A DNA stretch of 25,535 bases, taken from contig JBAXKK010000032.1 of assembly GCA_037137395.1 (NCBI GenBank), positions 1 to 25,535 on the forward strand. Direction: 5' to 3'. A program made the position numbers and the translations under genes. The notes under the pieces are model-generated. The model was not told where the DNA came from, did no database searches, and saw only the letters and a list, made by a program, of their open reading frames with translations. The first letter of the stretch is position 1. Each line of letters starts with the position of its first letter. Positions 15,976-24,451 of the stretch are shown piece after piece. Source of the stretch: Elusimicrobiota bacterium. Its GTDB lineage: Bacteria > Elusimicrobiota > Elusimicrobia > Elusimicrobiales > UBA9959.

Positions 15976-17418
15976 CTAATCCTGGGGTTCGCCGTGTTCG
16001 CGCAGGTATTTGCGGATATGGGAGCGGGCGCCGGTGGTTTTCACCATGCCAAGCCAGTCCTTTTTAGGGGTAGAATTTTTGCGGGTTATTATTTCGCAGA
16101 TATCTCCGCTCTTCAGCTCGTGATCCAGCTTAACCATTTTATTATTGACCTTCGCGCCTATGCATGTGTCACCGATATCTGAATGAATGGCGTAGGCAAA
16201 GTCCAGCGGATTGGCGCCAGCGGAAAGGGGTTTAACCTCGCCTTTAGGCGTAAAGATGAAAATCTGGTCCAGCTCCAGATCTGTCTTGAAGCTTTCTATA
16301 AATTCGCGCGGGCTGGAGAGGTCCTGCACCCACTCGATCCACTGGCGCAGCCAATTCAATTTCTCGTCAAGGTGGCGGTCAGAGCCGGATTCTCCCAGCT
16401 TATAGCGCCAGTGGGCGGCGATGCCGTATTCCGAAGTATGATGCATCTCCTCAGTGCGGATCTGTATCTCTATGATTTCTCCTGAGGAGGCCATGACGCT
16501 GGTGTGCAGGCTCTGGTAAAGATTCATCTTAGGCACGGCGATGTAATCGGTGAAGGAGCCTATGACGGGTTTAAAAATAGAGTGCACAGTGCCAAGCAGA
16601 GCGTAGCAGTTGATGATGGTGTCGGTTATGATGCGGATGCCGAGGGCGTCATGGATATCTTCAAAAGGCAGGTTCTGTTTCTGCATCTTGCGGTAGATGG
16701 AATAAATATTTTTGGCGCGCGAGAGCACCCTATGAGGGATCTGGGTGGTGCCCAGGTGAGCCTCAAGCCCCAGCTTGAACTCCGCCAGGAGTTTTTCGCG
16801 CATGGCAAAACGGATCTGGACCTTGGCCAGGAGGCTCGTGTATTCTTCGGGATGGAGGTATTTGAATGAAAGGTCCTCCAGCTCTGATTTTAAATGAAAG
16901 ATGCCCAGGCGCTGGGCGAGCGGGGCATAAAGGGATAGAGTCTCCTGGCTGATCTCAATCTGCTTTTCCTCGGAGAGGAAATTTAGCGTGCGCATGTTGT
17001 GGAGACGGTCGGCCAGCTTGATGATGATGACGCGGATATCCTTGGCGGTGGCCAATATCATTTTGCGCCAGTTTTCCGCCTGCGCTTCATCGCGTGAGGA
17101 GAACTTAAGGGTCTCTATCTTGGTCACGCCCATGACCAGGTCGTAGATCTCAGGTCCGAATTCTTTTTTAAAAGTGTCGTGGGAGACCGTGGTGTCCTCA
17201 AGAATGTCGTGCAGGAGGCCGGAGGCTATGGTGGAAAGGTCCATCTTGAAATCTACCAGGATTTCGGTCACGGCGACGCAATGGATGAAATAGATCTCGC
17301 CCGAGGCGCGTTTCTGTTCGCTATGCGCGTCTTTTGAGAATTGCCAGGCGTACTCCAGCTTGGTGGTGTCTTCGGTGGAATATTCCCTGAATTTTTTAAG
17401 GAGGTCTTCGATTTCCAT
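15976..17418 (-). CDS. rel: RelA/SpoT homolog (HD hydrolase + synthetase + TGS), C-terminally short
   Basis: Motifs AHSEQKRASGEIY, LLHDILEDT, IKLADRLHNMRTL, YQSLHT, EIQIRT, GIAAHWRYK and FTPKG...DFAYAIH (TGS). It ends at 480 aa. Confidence 0.92.
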   Translation of the reverse strand: MEIEDLLKKFREYSTEDTTKLEYAWQFSKDAHSEQKRASGEIYFIHCVAVTEILVDFKMDLSTIASGLLHDILEDTTVSHDTFKKEFGPEIYDLVMGVTKIETLKFSSRDEAQAENWRKMILATAKDIRVIIIKLADRLHNMRTLNFLSEEKQIEISQETLSLYAPLAQRLGIFHLKSELEDLSFKYLHPEEYTSLLAKVQIRFAMREKLLAEFKLGLEAHLGTTQIPHRVLSRAKNIYSIYRKMQKQNLPFEDIHDALGIRIITDTIINCYALLGTVHSIFKPVIGSFTDYIAVPKMNLYQSLHTSVMASSGEIIEIQIRTEEMHHTSEYGIAAHWRYKLGESGSDRHLDEKLNWLRQWIEWVQDLSSPREFIESFKTDLELDQIFIFTPKGEVKPLSAGANPLDFAYAIHSDIGDTCIGAKVNNKMVKLDHELKSGDICEIITRKNSTPKKDWLGMVKTTGARSHIRKYLREHGEPQD

Positions 17419-17423
17419 AAAAC

Positions 17424-17523
17424 AGTGATAAGTGGTAAGTGATAAGTGGTAAGTGATAAGTGATAGGCTTTCAGGAGTTTCCTAAATACCCACTACACAC
17501 TATCCACTATTCACTAACCACTG
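17424..17523. repeat. Inverted pair of AGTGnnn heptamer tracts
   Basis: Six AGTGRTA units at 17424-17465, and five complementary units (CCACTAC-ACACTAT-CCACTAT-TCACTAA-CCACTG) at about 17490-17523. Confidence 0.88.
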
Positions 17524-17542
17524 CTAAAGGCTCGAAGAGCCT

Positions 17543-19303
17543 TTAGCTTTGCGCCTCATACAGGCCTTTATAAACGCCGCCTTTGGCCAGAAGCTGCTCA
17601 TGAGTGCCGGTCTCTACCAGCTCGCCTTTTTTCAGCACGAATATTTTGTCGGCGTTTCTGACGGTGGAGAGGCGGTGGGCCACCATGACCACGGTGCGTC
17701 CGCCCAATATTTTCTCTATAGCGGCCTGCACGGCCTGCTCGCTGGCGGTATCAAGGTTTGAGGTGGCTTCATCCAGCAGCAGTATCTTCGGTTTTTTAAT
17801 TATGGCGCGGGCTATGGCCAGGCGCTGGCGCTGGCCGCCGGAAAGTTTGATGCCGCGCTCTCCCAGGATGGTCTCGTAGCCAAGCGGCATGGCGCTGATG
17901 AAGTCATGCGCGTCCGCGGCTTTGGCGGCGTCTATAACTTCCTGCAAGGAGGCGCCGGGCCGGCCGATGGTTACATTTTTATAGACGGTGTCGTCGAATA
18001 GTATGGTGTCCTGCGTGACCAGGCCCATGTGGGAGCGCAGGTCGGTGGTGCTCACTTCCGTCATGTCATGGCCGTCCATGAGTATCTTGCCGGAGATGGG
18101 GTCAAAAAAGCGCAGCAGCAGGTGGATGATGGTGGTTTTGCCTGAACCGGACGGGCCCACGAAGGCCGCCACCTCGCCGGGGTTGATGGTGAGCGACAGA
18201 TTTTTAAGAACCTGGGTGTCGCGCGACGGGTATTTGTAGTTTACTTCCCTGAACTCAATCTTCCCTTCCAGAACATCAATATTTTTAGGATTGGAGGTAA
18301 CGATGACGGTGGGCTTTTCATCCAGGATCTGGTGGATACGTTCCCATGAGGCCATGCCCATCTGCAGTTTGGCGTTGAGGTTGGCTATATTCTTTAACGG
18401 CATATAGGCGGTGAAGAAGCTGGCCACGAAAGAGAAGAAGTTGGCCGTGGTCATGGTGCCTGCGAATATGGCTTTTCCTCCCAGGAAGATTATCATTATA
18501 AGGATCATGCTGCCCAAAAATTCCATGATCGGGCCGGCCATGGCCGTGGCGCGCAGATAACGCATCATCTTGGAAAAGTAGTCGTTGTTGGTGACGCGGA
18601 ATTTGGCTATGGCCTGGTCTTCGTAATTGAAAGCCTTTACCACGGTTATTCCCTGCAGGCTTTCCTGGAACTTGTGGGAAATATCCCCCACTATAATATT
18701 GCTCTCGGAGCTGGCCTTACGCATCTTGCGCCCCAGCACCCCCAGGATTATGCCGGTAACCGGCAGAATGAGCAGCGAAAGCATGGCGAAACGCCAATTT
18801 ATATAGAAAAGCACGCCCATGCAGGAAGTGACGGTAAGGACGTCGCGGATGCCGTACAGCGGCAGGAACTGCACGGTGGACTGAACATTATTGAGGTCGT
18901 TTATGACGCGGCTCATGACATCCGAGGAGCGTTTGCGCCAGTAGAATTCTATGGACAGCCGGTGGATGTGCGTAAAGAGGTCGTCGCGGATCTGCTGGAC
19001 TACCTTCTGGCCTATCCAGCTCATCAGGTATGCGTTGGTATATTCCGCAGCCATTCTGAAGAGGAAAAGAATCGGCAGGCCGATGAGGACCAGTTTGAGG
19101 ATGCCGAGATTTTTATCTATGAATACGCCCTGGATCACCGGGCCGAGTATGTAGACCACGCCGCCGCGGATGGCCGCCAGGAACATCATGGATATAGCGG
19201 CCTGTATGAAGCGCAGTTTATAAGGCTTTACATAGGCGAAGAGCGCCCTGGCCAGGATTTTGAACTGGTCTTTCGGCACGCGATGATGTTTATCGTCAGG
19301 CAT
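17543..19303 (-). CDS. msbA: Lipid A export ABC transporter MsbA
   Basis: TM domain plus NBD (GPSGSGKT, LSGGQRQR, LLLDEATS, VAHRLST), located directly downstream of lpxB. Confidence 0.85.
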   Translation of the reverse strand: MPDDKHHRVPKDQFKILARALFAYVKPYKLRFIQAAISMMFLAAIRGGVVYILGPVIQGVFIDKNLGILKLVLIGLPILFLFRMAAEYTNAYLMSWIGQKVVQQIRDDLFTHIHRLSIEFYWRKRSSDVMSRVINDLNNVQSTVQFLPLYGIRDVLTVTSCMGVLFYINWRFAMLSLLILPVTGIILGVLGRKMRKASSESNIIVGDISHKFQESLQGITVVKAFNYEDQAIAKFRVTNNDYFSKMMRYLRATAMAGPIMEFLGSMILIMIIFLGGKAIFAGTMTTANFFSFVASFFTAYMPLKNIANLNAKLQMGMASWERIHQILDEKPTVIVTSNPKNIDVLEGKIEFREVNYKYPSRDTQVLKNLSLTINPGEVAAFVGPSGSGKTTIIHLLLRFFDPISGKILMDGHDMTEVSTTDLRSHMGLVTQDTILFDDTVYKNVTIGRPGASLQEVIDAAKAADAHDFISAMPLGYETILGERGIKLSGGQRQRLAIARAIIKKPKILLLDEATSNLDTASEQAVQAAIEKILGGRTVVMVAHRLSTVRNADKIFVLKKGELVETGTHEQLLAKGGVYKGLYEAQS

Positions 19304-19324
19304 AAGTTAAGAGATGCAATTATT

Positions 19325-19447
19325 GCTATAGGCCGTATGCGACTGTCCCAGTCGCGCCATAAGCCATATAGCAGAAACTTTACATTTGTCAAAATCGTCT
19401 TACTGATTTCCTTCAAAGCCTATGGCTTATAGCCTACAGCTTATGGC
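19325..19447. repeat. GCYATAR heptamer inverted pair with hairpin
   Basis: Left: GCGACTG-TCC-CAGTCGC-GCCATAA-GCCATATAGCAGAAAC. Right: GCCTATG-GCTTATA-GCCTACA-GCTTATG-GC. Confidence 0.8.
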
Positions 19448-19464
19448 GGGCGCGGCGCCCTGTG

Positions 19465-20613
19465 TTACTTCAAATGGTTTAAAATTTTTTCCGCCGCACG
19501 CTGGGCCGCGCCGGGGTTGCCGAGCATGCCGCGCAGGCCGAGGAATTCCTTGCGCATGGCTGCCATCCGGGGCGGGTTGTTGAGGAGCGACAGGGCTTCC
19601 TGCGTCAGGGCTTCCGGGTTCACCTTTTCCTGCATCAGCTCTTTGACCACCGGCTTTTTCAGGAGGATGTTCACCAATGAAATGTACTGGATATGCACGA
19701 TGCGTTTTGCCACGGCAAAACTGAATTTGGACATCCGGTAGGCCACGATCATCGGCAGGCCCATCAGCGCGTTCTCAAGCGTCGCGGTGCCTGAGCATGT
19801 AAAGGCTAAATCCATGGTGGAGCGGACTTTATAATCCTGCTCGCGTACGATCTCGATATCTCTTGACCAGTATTTCTCTATGGTTTCAAGCGCGGGCACG
19901 AGCTTATCGTTGGAAAATTCCGGCACGGCAAAGACATAGGCTTTGGCGTTCGGGTAGACAGATTTGATCTTGTAAAAAGCCTGTACGAATACCGGCAGAT
20001 GGCGGGCTATCTCGGACTTGCGGGAGCCGGGGAGTATGCCTATCCTGAAGGCGTTATCCTCCGGCAGCGCCGGCCTCTCTCCGGGGGCGGGTACAATATC
20101 CAGCAGGGGATGGCCCACAAAAGAAACATTGGCCTTGGCTTTTTTGTAGAGCTCCTCTTCGAAGGGGAAAATAACCAATACTTCTTTAACCAGGCGGGCT
20201 ATTTTGGCGGCGCGGCCGGGCCTTGAGGCCCACACCTGGGGACTGATGTAGTAGAAAGCGGGAATATTCCGGTGCGCGGCGAGGCCCAGCACCTGATGGT
20301 TGAAGCCGTAGAAGTCCACGGCTATCACGCAGCCTGGGCGCTTCTCTTCCAAATAGCGGCGCACTAAGCGGATGAGCTTCAGCCAGAGAAAAAAATTCTT
20401 GAAAGGTTCGGCGAAGCCGACGGCTCCGACCGAGACCAGGTTGTAGATAAAATGAGTGGAAACTTCCTGCATCCGGACCCCGCCGATAGAGGTTACCGAG
20501 AGTTCCGGATCCTTGGCTTTGAGCGCGGTGATAAGGTTGGCCGCGTGGGCGTCGCCCGAAGGGTCACCCGCCACCACCAGGATATTTTTTGTCGTAGGTA
20601 TTATATTGGCCAT
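19465..20613 (-). CDS. lpxB: Lipid-A-disaccharide synthase
   Basis: Motifs VAGDPSGD, YYISPQVWASR, FVGHPL, LPGSRKSEI, SGTATLE and YISLVNI. Start at ATG 20613. Confidence 0.96.
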   Translation of the reverse strand: MANIIPTTKNILVVAGDPSGDAHAANLITALKAKDPELSVTSIGGVRMQEVSTHFIYNLVSVGAVGFAEPFKNFFLWLKLIRLVRRYLEEKRPGCVIAVDFYGFNHQVLGLAAHRNIPAFYYISPQVWASRPGRAAKIARLVKEVLVIFPFEEELYKKAKANVSFVGHPLLDIVPAPGERPALPEDNAFRIGILPGSRKSEIARHLPVFVQAFYKIKSVYPNAKAYVFAVPEFSNDKLVPALETIEKYWSRDIEIVREQDYKVRSTMDLAFTCSGTATLENALMGLPMIVAYRMSKFSFAVAKRIVHIQYISLVNILLKKPVVKELMQEKVNPEALTQEALSLLNNPPRMAAMRKEFLGLRGMLGNPGAAQRAAEKILNHLK

Positions 20614-20631
20614 AAATTTTAGATACAACTA

Positions 20632-20790
20632 TGCCGTAGGCGATAAGCCATAAGCTTTAGGCTGTAAGCCATAAGCTGTAAGCTATAAGCTATAGGCAGA
20701 AACTTCGAAAAGCCTACAGTTTACGGCGGCCTTTCTGCCTATCGCCTACAGCCTAAGGCTTATGGCGCGGCTGGGACAGCCGCGTATGGC
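20632..20790. repeat. GCYRTAR heptamer inverted pair with hairpin
   Basis: About 9 units (GCCGTAG GCGATAA GCCATAA GCTTTAG GCTGTAA GCCATAA GCTGTAA GCTATAA GCTATAG) followed by GCAGAAAC. Then the complementary TTTCTGCCTATCGCCTACAGCCTAAGGCTTATGGC and GCGGCTG-GGA-CAGCCGC. Confidence 0.88.
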
Positions 20791-20816
20791 AGGTCTTTCT
20801 GCTAAAGCAGAAAGAC

Positions 20817-21896
20817 CTACGACTTATCTATTCCCGAGTTCTTCAGTCCCTCTTCCACCAGCATCTTTGTGGCGCCGCCTATATCGCTCAGCGACCGGGC
20901 CAGCGACGGCCTGGAATCCGGCATCTTGGCGCCGGACAATTCGTAGCGCTTAAGCGAGTCCACTATATCCAGAGCGAGTCTTACGGCCTTGAGGCCTTTT
21001 TCTCCGCTGGGAGTCGGTTTCTTGGCGGTGCGTATGCAGTCTATGAAGTGATAAAGCTCTTCCTTAATAGGCTCTTTCCGTTCCAGTTTAGGGAAGATGA
21101 TGTCGATATCTTTAAGCGTCTTGATGACGGGGTTCTTCTTCTTGTAGATCTTGAGCCGGGAGCTGACGTAATCCACGGAAATATAGGCGTCTTCCTGATA
21201 GATGCGCATGCGGCGCGAGGCTTCCATGCTGATGCGGCTGGCAGTGATGTCGGCTATGCAGCCGCTTTTGAACTTAATGCGCACATTAGTTATATCCTCG
21301 TGCGAGGAGAGGACGCTGGCGCCCACGGCCTCAAAGCTTTCGATGGGAGAGTCCATCATGGTAAGGATTATGTCAAGATCGTGTATCATCAGATCCAATG
21401 TGACGCCGGTGGCGGCCACGCGCGGATCATACGGACCCATTCTCTCTATAGTTATAAAGCGCGGATTTTTGACGTGTTTAAGGGTTTCAACCACGGCTGA
21501 GTTGAACCGTTCCGAATGGCCCACCTGCAATACGACTTTTTTGGTCTCGGCCAGATCCAGCATCTTACGCGCGCCTTCCTCGGAATTGGTTAGCGGCTTT
21601 TCCATCAGCACGTGCACGCCGGCCGTGAGGGCTTTTATGCCGATCTCGGCGTGGTATTCGGTGGGGGCTGCAACCACAAGGGCGTCCACCTGGCTAAGAA
21701 GTTCTTCCACGGTTTTGTAGGCCACGCAGTTGTGCTTCCAGGCCAGCATCTGGGCGCGGAGCAAGTTGGGGTCAGAGACGCCTACAAGCTCCACTTCAGG
21801 CATCTTGGAGAGGGTGCGAGTGTGAAAGCCGCCTAGTTTGCCGGCTCCTACTACGCCAAACCGGAGTTTCTTCTTGTCAGCTGTGTTGTCAGCCAT
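20817..21896 (-). CDS. Gfo/Idh/MocA oxidoreductase, probable UDP-GlcNAc 3-dehydrogenase (GnnA-like)
   Basis: Motifs GVVGAGKLG, MEKP, QVGHSERFN, DLMIHDLD and TASRIS. It lies between lpxI and lpxB. Confidence 0.8.
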   Translation of the reverse strand: MADNTADKKKLRFGVVGAGKLGGFHTRTLSKMPEVELVGVSDPNLLRAQMLAWKHNCVAYKTVEELLSQVDALVVAAPTEYHAEIGIKALTAGVHVLMEKPLTNSEEGARKMLDLAETKKVVLQVGHSERFNSAVVETLKHVKNPRFITIERMGPYDPRVAATGVTLDLMIHDLDIILTMMDSPIESFEAVGASVLSSHEDITNVRIKFKSGCIADITASRISMEASRRMRIYQEDAYISVDYVSSRLKIYKKKNPVIKTLKDIDIIFPKLERKEPIKEELYHFIDCIRTAKKPTPSGEKGLKAVRLALDIVDSLKRYELSGAKMPDSRPSLARSLSDIGGATKMLVEEGLKNSGIDKS

Positions 21897-22053
21897 AGGA
21901 TCCTCAGTGCGATAAAAGGGTATAGGGGCGGGATATAGGGTGGAAGCCGTAACGAACGTCTTATTCTAAACCCGCTCCGTTCATTATTCTACTAAATTTG
22001 AGGGGGCGAGGATTAGTAAGAACGTAGTTTGTGAAAGGTCGCAGAACAGCAGG

Positions 22054-22905
22054 CTAGGTTATGGAGGCGGGATCTATGGAAATAACGCTGACGCCCAGTT
22101 TGGAGGCCAGGGCCAAAAAGGCTGTTTTGTCCAGGATCAGGGTTTTTCCTGCCTCAATGGCCAAGACGCCCGCGCCTGCTTCGCGCATGCTTTCCAGTGT
22201 GGCGGTGCCGATTACCGGCAAATCGAAGCGCATATCCTGTTTGGAGCGGGCCACTTTTACCACCGCCATGTCCGGCAGGAGTTTAGTTGTGGCCGAGCCG
22301 CCGGCGCGCAACACCGCTCCAGCCCGTTTTATGCATTCATCAGTGCCTTCCATCGCTTCAACGGCCAGGACCATGCTGTGCCTGAGCACTATGGTTAAGC
22401 CGATGTCGAGGTCCGCTATTGTTTTGGCGGCTTTCCAGCCGAATTCTATATTCTCCATAGCTTCCTTGCCCGGTTTGGGGCCAGCCAGAAGGCCCGGGGC
22501 GGGCAGGAGGTGTTCAAGGAAAGTGGCTGAATTGATAAGCTCTATGCCGTCCTTTTGAAGTTCGCCGGCCAGGGCGCTTAGGAGCGAATTGGCCTTTCTG
22601 TCCTTAAGGGTAAAAAGAAGCTTGGCCGCCCGCAGGTCCGGCATAATACCGCCGAAAATAGAAACATGGGTCACTTTGCCGGCCATCAACGCTTTATCCA
22701 CGCCGGCCTTTTTAAAAAAATTTATCGGCCCCGAAATCTGGCCTAATCTGAAATAATCGGTAGCGGCCGCGTACTGCTCTATTTCTTTCGGGGTGATGCC
22801 TTTAAGTCCTGCGACAAAGAGGTCGTAGCCGAGATTTTTGGCTTCTTTTGCGAACATCAGCGGGAAATCCCCGCCCCCGGCGATAAGGCCAATCTTTTTA
22901 TTCAT
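22054..22905 (-). CDS. lpxI: UDP-2,3-diacylglucosamine pyrophosphatase LpxI
   Basis: Motifs IGLIAGGGDFP, DIGLT, AVEAMEGTD, VKVARSKQDMRFDLPVIG and IEAGKT. Start at ATG 22905. Confidence 0.93.
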   Translation of the reverse strand: MNKKIGLIAGGGDFPLMFAKEAKNLGYDLFVAGLKGITPKEIEQYAAATDYFRLGQISGPINFFKKAGVDKALMAGKVTHVSIFGGIMPDLRAAKLLFTLKDRKANSLLSALAGELQKDGIELINSATFLEHLLPAPGLLAGPKPGKEAMENIEFGWKAAKTIADLDIGLTIVLRHSMVLAVEAMEGTDECIKRAGAVLRAGGSATTKLLPDMAVVKVARSKQDMRFDLPVIGTATLESMREAGAGVLAIEAGKTLILDKTAFLALASKLGVSVISIDPASIT

Positions 22906-22912
22906 AATGTAT

Positions 22913-23016
22913 AGCAAGACAGCGCGGCAGCAAGACAGTACGACAGTGATGCGGTAAAACAGTGTTACAGGTGGAAAATAAAAAACTCTTGTTTTAAACT
23001 GCCGCGCTGTCTTGCT
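22913..23016. repeat. Octamer tract with 18-bp perfect inverted copy inside the lpxA 3' end
   Basis: GCAAGACA GCGCGGCA GCAAGACA GTACGACA GTGATGCG GTAAAACA GTGTTACA at 22914-22969. 22999-23016 is the reverse complement of 22913-22930. Confidence 0.82.
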
Positions 23017-23809
23017 GCAGCTCTGCCGCGCTCCTGCGGGGGCGGGCCACGCCGCGCTTGGAATTCTCGCAGAACTCGACCATATGCGCGGCCTCGGGTG
23101 AAAGTTTTTCGGATTTCAGGCGCGCTATGGCGTCCTTCATCAGATAACCCCCGAAGAAAAGGGTCTTAAAAGCGTGCTTCACGGATTTTATGCTTTCCAG
23201 TGTGACGCCGTTACGTTTGAGTCCGACCAGGTTAAGGCAGACCGGCCTGGCTCTGTCGCCTCTTGCGGTGCAGTAGGGTACAATGTCCTGGTTCGCCATT
23301 GAACCGCCTGAGAGCATGGCCAGAGAACCGACGCGGGTAAATTGGTGAATAGCGACGAGGCCTGAGATGATGGCCTTGTCCTCTATCGTGACATGGCCGG
23401 CGGCGACGGCTGAGTTGACCATAATAATATTGCTGCCTATGTGGCAATCGTGGCCGACGTGAGAATTGCACATAAACATGCAGCCGGAGCCTATGGTTGT
23501 TATGGCGGTAACCGGCGAGCCGCGGTGCAGGGAAACGCCCTCGCGCACGATGTTGTTGTCCCCCATGACCAGGCGGGTCGGTTCTCCGTGGTATTTATAA
23601 TCCTGCGGAGGCATGCCGATAAAGGCGTGGCCGGTGAACTGGTTGTTTTTGCCGATTTCTGAAAATTCAATTATAGAATGCGGGCCTACCGAAGTGCCTG
23701 CGCCTATTTTAACATTCTCGCCCAGGACGGCGTAGGGGCCTATCTCCACATCCTTGTCCAGCTGGGCGGAAGGGTGAACGATAGCGGTGGGATGTATTTT
23801 TGTTGACAT
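22994..23809 (-). CDS. lpxA: Acyl-ACP:UDP-N-acetylglucosamine acyltransferase
   Basis: IHPTAIV, hexapeptide repeats, PQDYKY, HVGHDC, GHV, IHQF and NLVGLKR. GGAGG SD precedes ATG 23809. Confidence 0.96.
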   Translation of the reverse strand: MSTKIHPTAIVHPSAQLDKDVEIGPYAVLGENVKIGAGTSVGPHSIIEFSEIGKNNQFTGHAFIGMPPQDYKYHGEPTRLVMGDNNIVREGVSLHRGSPVTAITTIGSGCMFMCNSHVGHDCHIGSNIIMVNSAVAAGHVTIEDKAIISGLVAIHQFTRVGSLAMLSGGSMANQDIVPYCTARGDRARPVCLNLVGLKRNGVTLESIKSVKHAFKTLFFGGYLMKDAIARLKSEKLSPEAAHMVEFCENSKRGVARPRRSAAELQQDSAAV

Positions 23810-23867
23810 AATTCCTCCCAAAAAATCAGTGAATGGTAATCAGCGGAGGGTCCGGCGGGCTTTATGG

Positions 23868-23899
23868 CTAATCCTCCAGTCCTCTAATCTTCTAATCTA
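23868..23899. repeat. CTAATCYT octamer tract overlapping the fabZ stop
   Basis: CTAATCCT CCAGTCCT CTAATCTT CTAATCTA. Confidence 0.65.
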
Positions 23900-24353
23900 T
23901 CGCGGCGATGAAGTCGGCTTCCGCAGCCAGTTCGGAACCTACGAAGGCGGATCCCGTAAGCTTACCTATCTTTCCTTTAAAGCGTATCACTTCCACAAAA
24001 AGTTTCAGCACGTCGCCCGGCACCACCAACCGGCGGAACTTCGCGTGATTTATCCCGGCGATATAGGCAAAATGTCCACGGGTTTGGGGCAGGGACATCA
24101 TCATTGAGGCGGCGGTCTGCGCCATGGCTTCCAGTATCAGTACTCCGGGCAGAATGGGCTTAGTGGGGAAATGGCCGTGGAAATAAAGTTCGTTGGCGGT
24201 CACGCATTTGGTGCCGACGCAAAATTTATTTTCCTCAACTATCTCCACCTTGTCCACCAGCAGGAAGGGGTAGCGATGGGGGATGATCTTAAGGATCTCC
24301 TCGCAGGAGATCACCCTCAGGGGTGTGTAAACAGGTGGTTTAGTTGTGTTCAT
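23892..24353 (-). CDS. fabZ: 3-hydroxyacyl-ACP dehydratase
   Basis: Motifs IPHRYPFLLVD, FHGHFP..PILPGVLILEAMAQ and KFRRLVVPGD. Start at ATG 24353. Confidence 0.96.
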   Translation of the reverse strand: MNTTKPPVYTPLRVISCEEILKIIPHRYPFLLVDKVEIVEENKFCVGTKCVTANELYFHGHFPTKPILPGVLILEAMAQTAASMMMSLPQTRGHFAYIAGINHAKFRRLVVPGDVLKLFVEVIRFKGKIGKLTGSAFVGSELAAEADFIAAID

Positions 24354-24383
24354 AATAATAACATGCAAAAACGGCTTATGTCT

Positions 24384-24451
24384 GCTATAAGCGGCTGTCC
24401 CAGCCGCGCCATAGGCTATAGGCTATATGCAGAAACCTTATAGCTTATGGC
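24384..24451. repeat. GCYATAR heptamer element with hairpin, overlapping the lpxC stop
   Basis: GCTATAA-GCGGCTG-TCC-CAGCCGC-GCCATAG-GCTATAG-GCTATAT-GCAGAAAC-CTTATA-GCTTATG-GC. Confidence 0.82.

Noticed and set aside
18674..19432. 252-aa plus-strand ORF and other antisense ORFs overlapping tex, pyk, rlmN, rel and the lpx genes
   Set aside because: These are shadow ORFs expected from GC-rich codon usage opposite well-supported genes.
21915..21980. Additional GGGTATA-like periodic tract between lpxI and the dehydrogenase
   Set aside because: Only two or three degenerate units are visible, too weak to call.
20613..24370. Systematic leaderless promoters before lpxB, lpxI and fabZ (AT-rich, SD-less starts)
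   Set aside because: TG-TAnnnn-like boxes are present, but their spacing to the ATG is inconsistent (1-7 nt). This cannot be supported without TSS data.
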